A stretch of 64,000 nt of DNA, taken from NCBI GenBank assembly GCA_964016885.1, contig OZ024740.1, positions 41,726,001 to 41,790,000 of the forward strand, read 5' to 3'. Numbering within the stretch: the first letter of the stretch is position 1; each line of letters starts with the position of its first letter. The position numbers were made by a program, and so were the translations under genes. The notes beneath the pieces are model-generated. The model was not told the origin of the DNA and ran no database searches. It saw nothing but the letters and a program-made list of their open reading frames with translations. This DNA is from Eledone cirrhosa. Lineage: Eukaryota. Of the stretch, positions 1 through 18,000 are shown in pieces.

Positions 1-3000
1 GCATGACGCACCTATCCATAGACTGGTGCATGACACACCTATCCAGAGACTGGTGCATTACACACCTATCCATAGACTGGTGCATTACACACCTGTCCAT
101 AGACTGGTGCATGACACACCTATCCAGAGACTGGTGCATGACACACCTATCCAGAGACTGGTGCATGACACACCTGTCCATACACTGGTGCATTACACAC
201 CTGTCCATAGACTGGTGCATTACACACCTGTCCATAGACTGGTGCATTACACATCTGTCCATAGACTGGTGCATGACACACCTATCCAGAGACTGGTGCA
301 TGACACACCTGTCCATACACTGGTGCATGACACACCTATCCATAGACTGGTGCATGACACACCTGTCCATACACTGGTGCATGACACACCTGTCCATAGA
401 CTGGTGCATGACACACCTATCCATAGACTGGTGCATGACACACCTGTCCATACACTGGTGCATGACACACCTGTCCATAGACTGGTGCATGACACACCTA
501 TCCATAGACTGGTGCATGACACACCTGTCCATAGACTGGTGCATGACACACCTATCCATAGACTGGTGCATGACACACCTGTCCATACACTGGTGCATGA
601 CACACCTGTCCATAGACTGGTGCATGACACACCTGTCCATAGACTGGTGCATGACACACCTATCCATAGACTGGTGCATGACACACCTGTCCATAGACTG
701 GTGCATGACACACCTGTCCAGAGACTGGTGCATGACACACCTGTCCATAGACTGGTGCATGACACACCTGTCCATAGACTGGTGCATTACACACCTGTCC
801 ATAGACTGGTGCATGACACACCTGTCCATAGACTGCTGCATTACACACCTGTCCATAGACTGGTGCATGACACACCTATCCATACACTGGTGCATGACAC
901 ACTTGTCCATAGACTGGTGCATGACACACCTGTCCATACACTGGTGCATGACACACCTATCCATAGACTGGTGCATTACACACCTGTCCATAGACTGGTG
1001 CATGACACACCTATCCATAGACTGGTGCATGACACACCTATCCATAGACTGGTGCCTGACACACCTATCCATAGACAGGTGCATGACACACCTATCCATA
1101 GACTGGTGCATGACACACCTATCCATAGACTGGTGCATGACACACCTATCCATAGACTGGTGCATGACACACCTGTCCATAGACTGGTGCATGACACACC
1201 TATCCATAGACTGGTGTTTGATACACCTGTCCATAGACTGGTGCATGACACACCTGTCCATAGACTGGTGCATGACACACCTGTCCATAGACTGCTGCAT
1301 TACACACCTATCCATAGACTGGTGCATGACACACCTGTCCATAGACTGCTGCATTACACACCTATCCATAGACTGGTGCATGACACACCTGTCCATAGAC
1401 TGGTGCATGACACACCTATCCATAGACTGGTGCATGATACCCCTGTCCATAGACTGGTGCATGACACACCTGTCCATAGACTGGTGCATTACACACCTAT
1501 CCATAGACTGGTGCATGACACACCTGTCCATAGACTGGTGCATGACACACCTGTCCATAGACTGGTGCATGACACACCTGTCCATAGACTGGTGCATGAC
1601 ACACCTGTCCATAGACTGGTGCATGACACACCTGTCCATAGACTGGTGCATGACACACCTGTCCATAGACTGGTGCATGACACACCTATCCATAGACTGG
1701 TGCATGACACACCTGTCCATAGACTGGTGCATGACACACCTATCCATAGACTGGTGCATTTCACACCTGTCCATAGAGTGGTGCATGACACACCTGTCCA
1801 TAGACTGGTGCATGACACACCTATCCATAGACTGGTGCATTTCACACCTGTCCATAGAGTGGTGCATGACACACCTATACAGAGACTGGTGCATGACACA
1901 CCTGTCCATAGACTGGTGCATGACACACCTATCCATAGACTGGTGCATTTCACACCTATCCAGAGACTGGTGCATGACACACCTGTCCATAGACTGGTGC
2001 ATGACACACCTATCCATAGACTGGGGCATGACACACCTGTCCATAGACTGGTGCATGACACACCTATCCATAGACTGGTGCATGACACACCTGTCCATAG
2101 ACTGGTGCATGACACACCTATCCATAGACTGGTGCATGACACACCTGTCCATAGACTGGTGCATGACACACCTATCCATAGACTGGTGCATTTCACACCT
2201 ATCCAGAGACTGGTGCATGACACACCTGTCCATAGACTGGTGCATGACACACCTATCCATAGACTGGTGCATGACACACCTATCCATAGACTGGTGCATG
2301 ACACACCTATCCATAGACTGGTGCATGACACACCTGTCCATAGACTGGTGCATGACACACCTATCCATAGACTGGTGCATTTCACACCTATCCAGAGACT
2401 GGTGCATGACACACCTGTCCATAGACTGGTGCATGACACACCTATCCATAGACTGGGGCATGACACACCTGTCCATAGACTGGTGCATGACACACCTATC
2501 CATAGACTGGTGCATGACACACCTGTCCATAGACTGGTGCATGACACACCTATCCATAGACTGGTGCATGACACACCTGTCCATAGAATGGGGCATGACA
2601 CACCTGTCCATAGACTGGTGCATGACACACCTGTCCATAGACTGGTGCATTACACACCTGTCCATAGACTGGTGCATTACACACCTATCCATAGACTGGT
2701 GCATGACACACCTGTCCATAGACTGGTGCATGACACACCTGTCCATAGACTGGTGCATTACACACCTGTCCATAGACTGGTGCATGACACACCTATCCAT
2801 AGACTGGTGCATGACACACCTGTCCATAGAATGGGGCATGACACACCTGTCCAGAGACTGGTACATGACACACCTGTCCATAGACTGGTGCATGACACAC
2901 CTGTCCATAGACTGGTGCATTACACACCTGTCCATAGACTGGTGCATGACACACCTATCCATAGACTGGTGCATGACACACCTGTCCATAGACTGGTGCA

Positions 3001-6000
3001 TGACACACCTGTCCATAGACTGGTGCATGACACACCTGTCCATAGACTGGTGCATGACACACCTATCCATAGACTGGTGCATGACACACCTGTCCATAGA
3101 CTGGTGCATGACACACCTGTCCATAGACTGGTGCATGACACACCTATCCATAGACTGGTGCATGACACACCTGTCCATAGACTGGTACATTACACACCTA
3201 TCCATAGACTGGTGCATGACACACCTGTCCATAGACTGGTGCATTACACACCTGTCCATAGACTGGTGCATGACACACCTATCCATAGACTGGTGCATGA
3301 CACACCTGTCCATAGACTGGTACATTACACACCTATCCATAGACTGGTGCATGACACACCTGTCCATAGACTGGTGCATGACACACCTGTCCATACACTG
3401 GTTCATGACACACCTATCCATAGACTGGTGCATGACACACCTGTCCATAGACTGGTGCATTACACACCTGTCCATAGACTGGTGCATGACACACCTATCC
3501 ATAGACTGGTGCATGACACACCTGTCCATAGAATGGGGCATGACACACCTGTCCAGAGACTGGTGCATGACACACCTGTCCATAGACTGCTGCATGACAC
3601 ACCTGTCCATAGACTGGTGCATGACACACCTGTCCATAGACTGGTGCATTACACACCTGTCCATAGACTGGTGCATGACACACCTATCCATAGACTGGTG
3701 CATGACACACCTGTCCATAGACTGGTGCATGACACACCTGTCCATAGACTGGTGCATGACACACCTGTCCATAGACTGGTGCATGACACACCTATCCATA
3801 GACTGGTGCATGACACACCTGTCCATAGACTGGTGCATGACACACCTGTCCATAGACTGGTGCATGACACACCTGTCCATAGACTGGGGCATGACACACC
3901 TGTCCATAGACTGGGGCATGACACACCTGTCCATAGACTGGTGCATGACACACCTGTCCAGAGACAGGTGCATGACACACCTGTCCATAGACTGCTGCAT
4001 GACACACCTGTCCATAGACTGGTACATTACACACCTGTCCATAGACTGGTGCATGACACACCTATCCATAGACTGGTGCATGACACACCTGTCCATAGAC
4101 TGGTGCATGACACACCTGTCCATAGACTGGTGCATGACACACCTATCCATAGACTGGTGCATGACACACCTGTCCATAGACTGGGGCATGACACACCTGT
4201 CCAGAGACAGGTGCATGACACACCTGTCCATAGACTGCTGCATGACACACCTGTCCATAGACTGGTACATTACACACCTGTCCATAGACTGGTGCATGAC
4301 ACACCTATCCATAGACTGGTGCATGACACACCTGTCCATAGACTGGTGCATGACACACCTGTACATAGACTGGTGCATGACACACCTATCCATAGACTGG
4401 TGCATGACACACCTGTCCATAGACTGGTGCATGACACACCTGTCCATAGACTGGTGCATGACACACCTGTCCATAGACTGGGGCATGACACACCTGTCCA
4501 GAGACAGGTGCATGACACACCTGTCCATAGACTGCTGCATGACACACCTGTCCATAGACTGGTACATTACACACCTGTCCATAGACTGGTGCATGACACA
4601 CCTATCCATAGACTGGTGTATGACACACCTGTCCATAGACTGGTGCATGACACACCTATCCATAGACTGGTGCATGACACACCTGTCCATAGACTGGGGC
4701 ATGACACACCTGTCCATAGACTGGTGCATGACACACCTGTCCATAGACTGGTGCATGACACACCTGTCCATAGACTGGTGCATGACACACCTGTCCATAG
4801 ACTGGTGCATGACACACCTATCCATAGACTGGTGCATGACACACCTGTCCATAGACTGGTGCATGACACACCTATCCATAGACTGGTGCATTTCACACCT
4901 GTCCATAGAGTGGTGCATCACACACCTGTCCATAGACTGGTGCATGACACACCTATCCATAGACTGGTGCATTTCACACCTGTCCATAGAGTGGTGCATG
5001 ACACACCTATACAGAGACTGGTGCATGACACACCTGTCCATAGACTGGTGCATGACACACCTATCCATAGACTGGTGCATTTCACACCTATCCAGAGACT
5101 GGTGCATGACACACCTGTCCATAGACTGGTGCATGACACACCTATCCATAGACTGGGGCATGACACACCTGTCCATAGACTGGTGCATGACACACCTATC
5201 CATAGACTGGTGCATGACACACCTGTCCATAGACTGGTGCATGACACACCTATCCATAGACTGGTGCATGACACACCTGTCCATAGACTGGTGCATGACA
5301 CACCTATCCATAGACTGGTGCATTTCACACCTATCCAGAGACTGGTGCATGACACACCTGTCCATAGACTGGTGCATGACACACCTATCCATAGACTGGT
5401 GCATGACACACCTATCCATAGACTGGTGCATGACACACCTATCCATAGACTGGTGCATGACACACCTGTCCATAGACTGGTGCATGACACACCTATCCAT
5501 AGACTGGTGCATTTCACACCTATCCAGAGACTGGTGCATGACACACCTGTCCATAGACTGGTGCATGACACACCTATCCATAGACTGGGGCATGACACAC
5601 CTGTCCATAGACTGGTGCATGACACACCTATCCATAGACTGGTGCATGACACACCTGTCCATAGACTGGTGCATGACACACCTATCCATAGACTGGTGCA
5701 TGACACACCTGTCCATAGACTGGTGCATGACACACCTATCCATAGACTGGTGCATGTAACACCTATCCATAGATTGGTGCATAACACACCTATCTATAGA
5801 CTGGTGCCTGACACACCTGTCCATAGACTGGTGCATGACACACCTGTCCATAGACTGGTGCATTACACACCTATCCAGAGACTGGTGCATGACACACCTG
5901 TCCATAGACTGGTGCATGTAACACCTATCCATAGATTGGTGCATAACACACCTATCTATAGACTGGTGCCTGACACACCTGTCCATAGACTGGTGCATGA

Positions 6001-9000
6001 CACACCTGTCCATAGACTGGTGCATTACACACCTATCTATAGACTGGTGCCAGACACACCTGTCCATAGACTGGTGCATGACACACCTGTCCATAGACTG
6101 GTGCATGACACACCTGTCCATAGACTGGTGCATGACACACCTGTCCATAGACTGGTGCATGACACACCTCTCCATAGACTGGTGCATGACACACCTCTCC
6201 ATAGACTGGCGCATGACACACCTGTCCATAGACTGGTGCATGACACACCTGTCCATAGACTGGTGCATGACACACCTATCCATAGACTGGTGCATGACAC
6301 ACCTCTCCATAGACTGCTGCATGACACACCTGTCCATAGACTGGTGCATGACACACCTATCCATAGACTGGTGCATGACACACCTGTCCATACACTGGTG
6401 CATGACACACCTATCCATACACTGGTGCACGACACACCTATCCATACACTGGGGCATGACACACCTATCCATAGACTGGTGCATGACACACCTGTACATA
6501 GACTGGTGCATGACACACCTGTCCATAGACTGGTGCATTACACACCTGTCCATAGACTGGTGCATTACACACCTGTCCATAGACTGGTGCATGACACACC
6601 TGTCCATAGACTGGTGCATGACACACCTGTCCATAGACTGGTGCATGACACACCTGTCCATAGACTGGTGCATGACACACCTGTCCATAGAATGGTGCAT
6701 TACACACCTATCCATAGACTGGTGCATGACACACCTGTCCATAGACTGGTGCATGACACACCTGTCCATAGACTGGTGCATGACACACCTGTCCATAGAC
6801 TGGTGCATGACACACCTATCCATAGACAGGTGCATTACACACCTGTCCATAGAATGGTGCATTACACACCTATCCATAGACTGGTGCATGACACACCTGT
6901 CCATAGACTGGTGCATGACACACCTGTCCATAGACTGGTGCATGACACACCTATCCATAGACTGGTGCATGACACACCTGTCCATAGACTGGTGCATGAC
7001 ACACATATCCTTAGACTGGTGCATGACACACCTGTCCATAGACTGGTGCATGACACACCTGTCCATAGACTGGTGCATGACACACATATCCTTAGACTGG
7101 TGCATGACACACCTGTCCATAGACTGGTGCATGACACACCTATCCATAGACTGGTGCATGACACACCTGTCCATAGACTGGTGCATGACACACCTGTCCA
7201 TAGACTAGTGCATTACACACCTATCCATACACTGGTGCATGACACACCTGTCCATAGACTGGTGCATGATACACCTATCCATAGACTGGTGCATGACACA
7301 CCTATCCATACACTGGTGCATGACACACCTGTCCATAGACTGGTGCATGACACACCTGTCCATAGACTGGTGCATGACACACCTATCCAGAGACTGGTGC
7401 ATGACACACCTGTCCATAGACTGGTGCATGACACACCTGTCCATAGACTAGTGCATTACACACCTATCCATACACTGGTGCATGACACACCTGTCCATAG
7501 ACTGGTGCATGATACACCTATCCATAGACTGGTGCATGACACACCTATCCATACACTGGTGCATGACACACCTATCCAGAGACTGGTGCATGACACACCT
7601 ATCCATACACTGGTGCATTACACACCTGTCCATAGACTGGTGCATTAGACACCTGTCCATAGACTGGTGCATGACACACCTGTCCATAGACTGGTGCATG
7701 ACACACCTATCCATACACTGGTGCATGACACACTTGTCCATAGATTGGTGCATTACACACCTGTCCATAGACTGGTGCATGACGCACCTATCCATAGACT
7801 GGTGCATGATACACCTATCCATAGACTGGTGCATGACACACCTGTCCAGAGACTGGTGCATGACACACCTGTCCATAGAGTGGTGCATTACACACCTATC
7901 CATAGACTGGTGCATGTCACACATATCCATAGACAGGTGCATGAATCACCTATCCATAGACTGGTGCATGATACACATATCCGTGGACTGGTGCATGACA
8001 CACCTGTCCATAGACTGGTGCATTACACACCTATCCATAGACTGGTGCATGACACACCTGTCCATAGACTGGTGCATGACACACCTGTCCATAGACTGGT
8101 GCATTACACACCTGTCCATAGACTGGTGCATGACACACCTGTCCATAGACTGGTGCATGACACACCTATCCATAGACTGGTGCATGACACACCTATCCAT
8201 AGACTGGTGCATGACACACCTGTCCATAGACTGGGGCATGACACACCTGTCCATAGACTGGTGCATGACACACCTGTCCATAGACTGCTGCATGACACAC
8301 CTATCCATAGACTGGTGCATGACACACCTATCCATAGACTGGGGCATGACACACCTGTCCATAGACTGGTGCATGACACACCTGTCCATAGACTGGTGCA
8401 TGACACACCTGTCCATAGACTGGTGCATGACACACCTGTCCAGAGACTGGTGCATGACACACCTGTCCATAGACTGCTGCATGACACACCTGTCCATAGA
8501 CTGCTGCATGACACACCTATCCATAGACTGGGGCATGACACACCTGTCCAGAGACTGGTGCATGACACACCTGTCCATAGACTGGTGCATGACACACCTA
8601 TCCATAGACTGGTGCATGACACACCTGTCCATAGACTGGGGCATGACACACCTGTCCATAGACTGGTGCATGACACACCTATCCATAGACTGGTGCATGA
8701 CACACCTGTCCAGAGACTGGTGCATGACACACCTGTCCATAGACTGCTGCATGACACACCTGTCCATAGACTGCTGCATAACACACCTGTCCATAGACTG
8801 GTGCATGACACACCTATCCATAGACTGGTGCATGACACACCTGTCCATAGACTGGTGCATGACACACCTATCCATACACTGGTGCATTACACACCTGTCC
8901 ATAGACTGGTGCATGACACACCTGTCCATAGACTGGTGCATGACACACCTGTCCATAGACTGGTGCATGACACACCTGTCCATAGACTGGTGCATGACAC

Positions 9001-12000
9001 ACCTATCCATAGACTGGTGCATGACACACCTATCCATAGACTGGTGCCTGACACACCTGTCCATAGACTGGTGCATGACACACCTATCCATAGACTGGTG
9101 CATGACACACCTATCCATAGACTGGTGCATGACACACCTGTCCATAGACTGGTGCATGACACACCTGTCCATAGACTGCAGCATGACACACCTATCCATA
9201 GACTGGTGCATGATACACCTGTCCGTAGACTGGTGCATGACACACCTATCCATAGACTGGTGCATGACACACCTGTCCATAGACTGGTGCATGACACACC
9301 TGTCCATAGACTGGTGCATTACACACCTGTCCATAGACTGGTGCATTACACACCTGTCCATAGACTGGTGCATGACACACCTATCCATAGACTGGTGCAT
9401 GACACACCTATCCATAGACTGGTGCATGACACACCTATCCATAGACTGGTGCATGACACACCTGTCCATAGACTGGTGCATGACACACCTGTCCATAGAC
9501 TGGTGCATGACACACCTGTCCATAGACTGGTGCATGACACACCTATCCATAGACTGCTGCATGACACACCTATCCATAGACTGGTGCATGACACACCTGT
9601 CCATAGACTGGTGCATGACACACCTATCCATAGACCGGTGCATGACACACCTATCCATAGACTGCTGCATGACACACCTGTCCATAGACTGGTGCATTAC
9701 ACACCTGTCCATAGACTGGTGCATGACACACCTGTCCATAGACTGGTGCATGACACACCTGTCCATAGTCTGGTGCATGACACACCTGTCCATAGACTGG
9801 TGCATGACACACCTGTCCATAGACTGGTGCATGACACACCTGTCCATAGACTGGTTCATGACACACCTGTCCATAGACTGGTGCATGACACACCTATCCA
9901 GAGACTGGTGCATGACACACCTATCCATAAACTGGTGCATGACACACCTGTCCATAGACTGGTGCATGACACACCTATCCATAGACTGGTGCATGAAACA
10001 CCTGTCAATAGACTGGTGCATGACACACCTGTCCATAGACTGGTGCATGACACACCTGTCCATAGACTGGTGCATGATACACCTATCCATAGACTGGTGC
10101 ATGACACACCTGTCCATAGACTGGTGCATGACACACCTATCCATAGACTGGTGCATGACACACCTGTCCATAGACTGGTGCATGTCACACCTGTCCATAG
10201 ACAGGTGCATGACACACCTATCCATAGACTGGTGCATGACACACCTATCCATAGACTGGTGCATGACACACCTGTCCAAAGACTGGTGCATGACACACCT
10301 GTCCATAGACTGCTGCATGACACACCTGTCCATAGACTGGTGCATGACACACCTATCCATACACTGGTGCATGACACACCTATCCATAGACTGGTGCATG
10401 ACACACCTGTCCATAGACTGGTGCATGACACACCTGTCCATAGACTGCTGCATGATACACCTATCCATAGACTGGTGCATGACACACCTGTCCATAGACT
10501 GGTGCATTACACACCTGTCCATAGACTGGTGCATTACACACCTGTCCATAGACTGGTGCATGACACACCTGTCCATAGACTGGTGCATTACACACCTGTC
10601 CATAGACTGGTGCATTACACACCTGTCCATAGACTGGTGCATGACACACCTATCCATAGACTGGTGCATGACACACCTATCCATAGACTGGTGCATGACA
10701 CACCTATCCATAGACTGGTGCATGACACACCTGTCCATAGACTGGTGCATGACACACCTGTCCATAGACTGGTGCATGACACACCTGTCCATAGACTGGT
10801 GCATGACACACCTGTCCATAGACTGGTGCATGACACACCTATCCATAGACAGGTGCATTACACACCTGTCCATAGAATGGTGCATTACACACCTATCCAT
10901 AGACTGGTGCATGACACACCTGTCCATAGACTGGTGCATGACACACCTGTCCATAGACTGGTGCATGACACACCTATCCATAGACTGGTGCATGACACAC
11001 CTGTCCATAGACTGGTGCATGACACACATATCCTTAGACTGGTGCATGACACACCTGTCCATAGACTGGTGCATGACACACCTGTCCATAGACTGGTGCA
11101 TGACACACATATCCTTAGACTGGTGCATGACACACCTGTCCATAGACTGGTGCATGACACACCTATCCATAGACTGGTGCATGACACACCTGTCCATAGA
11201 CTGGTGCATGACACACCTGTCCATAGACTAGTGCATTACACACCTATCCATACACTGGTGCATGACACACCTGTCCATAGACTGGTGCATGATACACCTA
11301 TCCATAGACTGGTGCATGACACACCTATCCATACACTGGTGCATGACACACCTGTCCATAGACTGGTGCATGACACACCTGTCCATAGACTGGTGCATGA
11401 CACACCTATCCAGAGACTGGTGCATGACACACCTGTCCATAGACTGGTGCATGACACACCTGTCCATAGACTAGTGCATTACACACCTATCCATACACTG
11501 GTGCATGACACACCTGTCCATAGACTGGTGCATGATACACCTATCCATAGACTGGTGCATGACACACCTATCCATACACTGGTGCATGACACACCTATCC
11601 AGAGACTGGTGCATGACACACCTATCCATACACTGGTGCATTACACACCTGTCCATAGACTGGTGCATTAGACACCTGTCCATAGACTGGTGCATGACAC
11701 ACCTGTCCATAGACTGGTGCATGACACACCTATCCATACACTGGTGCATGACACACTTGTCCATAGATTGGTGCATTACACACCTGTCCATAGACTGGTG
11801 CATGACGCACCTATCCATAGACTGGTGCATGATACACCTATCCATAGACTGGTGCATGACACACCTGTCCAGAGACTGGTGCATGACACACCTGTCCATA
11901 GAGTGGTGCATTACACACCTATCCATAGACTGGTGCATGTCACACATATCCATAGACAGGTGCATGAATCACCTATCCATAGACTGGTGCATGATACACA

Positions 12001-15000
12001 TATCCGTGGACTGGTGCATGACACACCTGTCCATAGACTGGTGCATTACACACCTATCCATAGACTGGTGCATGACACACCTGTCCATAGACTGGTGCAT
12101 GACACACCTGTCCATAGACTGGTGCATTACACACCTGTCCATAGACTGGTGCATGACACACCTGTCCATAGACTGGTGCATGACACACCTATCCATAGAC
12201 TGGTGCATGACACACCTATCCATAGACTGGTGCATGACACACCTGTCCATAGACTGGGGCATGACACACCTGTCCATAGACTGGTGCATGACACACCTGT
12301 CCATAGACTGCTGCATGACACACCTATCCATAGACTGGTGCATGACACACCTATCCATAGACTGGGGCATGACACACCTGTCCATAGACTGGTGCATGAC
12401 ACACCTGTCCATAGACTGGTGCATGACACACCTGTCCATAGACTGGTGCATGACACACCTGTCCAGAGACTGGTGCATGACACACCTGTCCATAGACTGC
12501 TGCATGACACACCTGTCCATAGACTGCTGCATGACACACCTATCCATAGACTGGGGCATGACACACCTGTCCAGAGACTGGTGCATGACACACCTGTCCA
12601 TAGACTGGTGCATGACACACCTATCCATAGACTGGTGCATGACACACCTGTCCATAGACTGGGGCATGACACACCTGTCCATAGACTGGTGCATGACACA
12701 CCTATCCATAGACTGGTGCATGACACACCTGTCCAGAGACTGGTGCATGACACACCTGTCCATAGACTGCTGCATGACACACCTGTCCATAGACTGCTGC
12801 ATAACACACCTGTCCATAGACTGGTGCATGACACACCTATCCATAGACTGGTGCATGACACACCTGTCCATAGACTGGTGCATGACACACCTATCCATAC
12901 ACTGGTGCATTACACACCTGTCCATAGACTGGTGCATGACACACCTGTCCATAGACTGGTGCATGACACACCTGTCCATAGACTGGTGCATGACACACCT
13001 GTCCATAGACTGGTGCATGACACACCTATCCATAGACTGGTGCATGACACACCTATCCATAGACTGGTGCCTGACACACCTGTCCATAGACTGGTGCATG
13101 ACACACCTATCCATAGACTGGTGCATGACACACCTATCCATAGACTGGTGCATGACACACCTGTCCATAGACTGGTGCATGACACACCTGTCCATAGACT
13201 GCAGCATGACACACCTATCCATAGACTGGTGCATGATACACCTGTCCGTAGACTGGTGCATGACACACCTATCCATAGACTGGTGCATGACACACCTGTC
13301 CATAGACTGGTGCATGACACACCTGTCCATAGACTGGTGCATTACACACCTGTCCATAGACTGGTGCATTACACACCTGTCCATAGACTGGTGCATGACA
13401 CACCTATCCATAGACTGGTGCATGACACACCTATCCATAGACTGGTGCATGACACACCTATCCATAGACTGGTGCATGACACACCTGTCCATAGACTGGT
13501 GCATGACACACCTGTCCATAGACTGGTGCATGACACACCTGTCCATAGACTGGTGCATGACACACCTATCCATAGACTGCTGCATGACACACCTATCCAT
13601 AGACTGGTGCATGACACACCTGTCCATAGACTGGTGCATGACACACCTATCCATAGACCGGTGCATGACACACCTATCCATAGACTGCTGCATGACACAC
13701 CTGTCCATAGACTGGTGCATTACACACCTGTCCATAGACTGGTGCATGACACACCTGTCCATAGACTGGTGCATGACACACCTGTCCATAGTCTGGTGCA
13801 TGACACACCTGTCCATAGACTGGTGCATGACACACCTGTCCATAGACTGGTGCATGACACACCTGTCCATAGACTGGTTCATGACACACCTGTCCATAGA
13901 CTGGTGCATGACACACCTATCCAGAGACTGGTGCATGACACACCTATCCATAAACTGGTGCATGACACACCTGTCCATAGACTGGTGCATGACACACCTA
14001 TCCATAGACTGGTGCATGAAACACCTGTCAATAGACTGGTGCATGACACACCTGTCCATAGACTGGTGCATGACACACCTGTCCATAGACTGGTGCATGA
14101 TACACCTATCCATAGACTGGTGCATGACACACCTGTCCATAGACTGGTGCATGACACACCTATCCATAGACTGGTGCATGACACACCTGTCCATAGACTG
14201 GTGCATGTCACACCTGTCCATAGACAGGTGCATGACACACCTATCCATAGACTGGTGCATGACACACCTATCCATAGACTGGTGCATGACACACCTGTCC
14301 AAAGACTGGTGCATGACACACCTGTCCATAGACTGCTGCATGACACACCTGTCCATAGACTGGTGCATGACACACCTATCCATACACTGGTGCATGACAC
14401 ACCTATCCATAGACTGGTGCATGACACACCTGTCCATAGACTGGTGCATGACACACCTGTCCATAGACTGCTGCATGATACACCTATCCATAGACTGGTG
14501 CATGACACACCTGTCCATAGACTGGTGCATTACACACCTGTCCATAGACTGGTGCATTACACACCTGTCCATAGACTGGTGCATGACACACCTGTCCATA
14601 GACTGGTGCATTACACACCTGTCCATAGACTGGTGCATTACACACCTGTCCATAGACTGGTGCATGACACACCTATCCATAGACTGGTGCATGACACACC
14701 TATCCATAGACTGGTGCATGACACACCTATCCATAGACTGGTGCATGACACACCTGTCCATAGACTGGTGCATGACACACCTGTCCATAGACTGGTGCAT
14801 GACACACCTGTCCATAGACTGGTGCATGACACACCTATCCATAGACTGCTGCATGACACACCTATCCATAGACTGGTGCATGACACACCTGTCCATAGAC
14901 TGGTGCATGACACACCTATCCATAGACCGGTGCATGACACACCTATCCATAGACTGCTGCATGACACACCTGTCCATAGACTGGTGCATTACACACCTGT

Positions 15001-18000
15001 CCATAGACTGGTGCATGACACACCTGTCCATAGACTGGTGCATGACACACCTGTCCATAGTCTGGTGCATGACACACCTGTCCATAGACTGGTGCATGAC
15101 ACACCTGTCCATAGACTGGTGCATGACACACCTGTCCATAGACTGGTTCATGACACACCTGTCCATAGACTGGTGCATGACACACCTATCCAGAGACTGG
15201 TGCATGACACACCTATCCATAAACTGGTGCATGACACACCTGTCCATAGACTGGTGCATGACACACCTATCCATAGACTGGTGCATAAAACACCTGTCAA
15301 TAGACTGGTGCATGACACACCTGTCCATAGACTGGTGCATGACACACCTGTCCATAGACTGGTGCATGATACACCTATCCATAGACTGGTGCATGACACA
15401 CCTGTCCATAGACTGGTGCATGACACACCTATCCATAGACTGGTGCATGACACACCTGTCCATAGACTGGTGCATGTCACACCTGTCCATAGACAGGTGC
15501 ATGACACACCTATCCATAGACTGGTGCATGACACACCTATCCATAGACTGGTGCATGACACACCTGTCCAAAGACTGGTGCATGACACACCTGTCCATAG
15601 ACTGCTGCATGACACACCTGTCCATAGACTGGTGCATGACACACCTATCCATACACTGGTGCATGACACACCTATCCATAGACTGGTGCATGACACACCT
15701 GTCCATAGACTGGTGCATGACACACCTGTCCATAGACTGCTGCATGATACACCTATCCATAGACTGGTGCATGACACACCTGTCCATAGACTGGTGCATT
15801 ACACACCTGTCCATAGACTGGTGCATTACACACCTGTCCATTGACTGGTGCATGACACACCTGTCCATAGACTGCTGCATGACACACCTGTCTATAGACT
15901 GGTGCATGACACACCTGTCCATAGACTGGTGCATGACACAGCTGTCCATAGACTGGTGCATGACACACCTATCCATAGACTGGTGCATGACACACCTGTC
16001 CATAGACTGGTGCATGACACACCTGTCCATAGACTGGTGCATGACACACCTATCCATAGACTGGTGCATTACACACCTATCCATGGACTGGTGCATGACA
16101 CACCTGTCCATAGACTGGTGCATGACATACCTGTCCATAGACTGGTGCAAGACACACCTATCCATACACTGGTGCATGACACACCTGTCCATAGACTGGT
16201 GCATGACACACCTATCCATAGACTGGTGCATGACACACCTGTCCATAGACTGCTGCATGACACACCTGTCCATAGACTGGTGCATGACACACCTATCCAT
16301 ACACTGGTGCATGACACACCTATCCATAGACTGGTGCATGACACACCTGTCCATAGACTGGTGCATGACACACCTGTCCATAGACTGCTGCATGACACAC
16401 CTGTCCATAGACTGGTGCACGACACACCTATCCATACACCGGTGCATGACACACCTGTCCATAGACTGGTGCATGACACACCTGTCCATAGACTGGTGCA
16501 TGACACACCTATCCATACACTGGTGCATGACACACCTATCCATAGACTGGTGCATGACACACCTATCCATAAACTGGTGCATGACACACCTATCCATAAA
16601 CTGGTGCATGACACACCTATCCATAGACTGGTGCATTACACACCTATCCATAGACTGTTGCATTACCCACCTGTCCATAGACTAGTGCATTACACACCTA
16701 TCCATACACTGGTGCATGACACACCTGTCCATAGACTGGTGCATGATACACCTATCCATAGACTGGTGCATGACACACCTATCCATAGACTGGTGCATGA
16801 CACACCTGTCCATAGACTGGTGCATGACACACGTGTCCATAGACTGGTGCATGACACACCTGTCCATAGACTGGTGCATGACACACCTATCCATATACTG
16901 GTGCATGACACACCTATCCATAGACTGGTGCATGACACACCTATCCATACACTGGTGCATGACACACCTGTCCATAGACTGGTGCATAACACACCTGTCC
17001 ATAGACTGGTGCATGACACACCTATCCATAGACTGGTGCATGACACACCTGTCCATAGACTGGTGCATGACACACCTGTCCATAGACTGGTGCATTACAC
17101 ACCTATCCATAGACTGGTGCATGACACACCTGTCCATAGACTGGTGCATGACACACCTGTCCATAGACTGGTGCATTACACACCTGTCCATAGACTGGTG
17201 CATGACACACCTGTCCATAGACTGGTGCATGACACACCTATCCATAGACTGGTGCATGACACACCTATCCATAGACTGGTGCATGACACACCTGTCCATA
17301 GACTGGGGCATGACACACCTGTCCATAGACTGGTGCATGACACACCTGTCCATAGACTGCTGCATGACACACCTATCCATAGACTGGTGCATGACACACC
17401 TATCCATAGACTGGGGCATGACACACCTGTCCATAGACTGGTGCATGACACACCTGTCCATAGACTGGTGCATGACACACCTGTCCATAGACTGGTGCAT
17501 GACACACCTGTCCAGAGACTGGTGCATGACACACCTGTCCATAGACTGCTGCATGACACACCTGTCCATAGACTGCTGCATGACACACCTATCCATAGAC
17601 TGGGGCATGACACACCTGTCCAGAGACTGGTGCATGACACACCTGTCCATAGACTGGTGCATGACACACCTATCCATAGACTGGTGCATGACACACCTGT
17701 CCATAGACTGGGGCATGACACACCTGTCCATAGACTGGTGCATGACACACCTATCCATAGACTGGTGCATGACACACCTGTCCAGAGACTGGTGCATGAC
17801 ACACCTGTCCATAGACTGCTGCATGACACACCTGTCCATAGACTGCTGCATAACACACCTGTCCATAGACTGGTGCATGACACACCTATCCATAGACTGG
17901 TGCATGACACACCTGTCCATAGACTGGTGCATGACACACCTATCCATACACTGGTGCATTACACACCTGTCCATAGACTGGTGCATGACACACCTGTCCA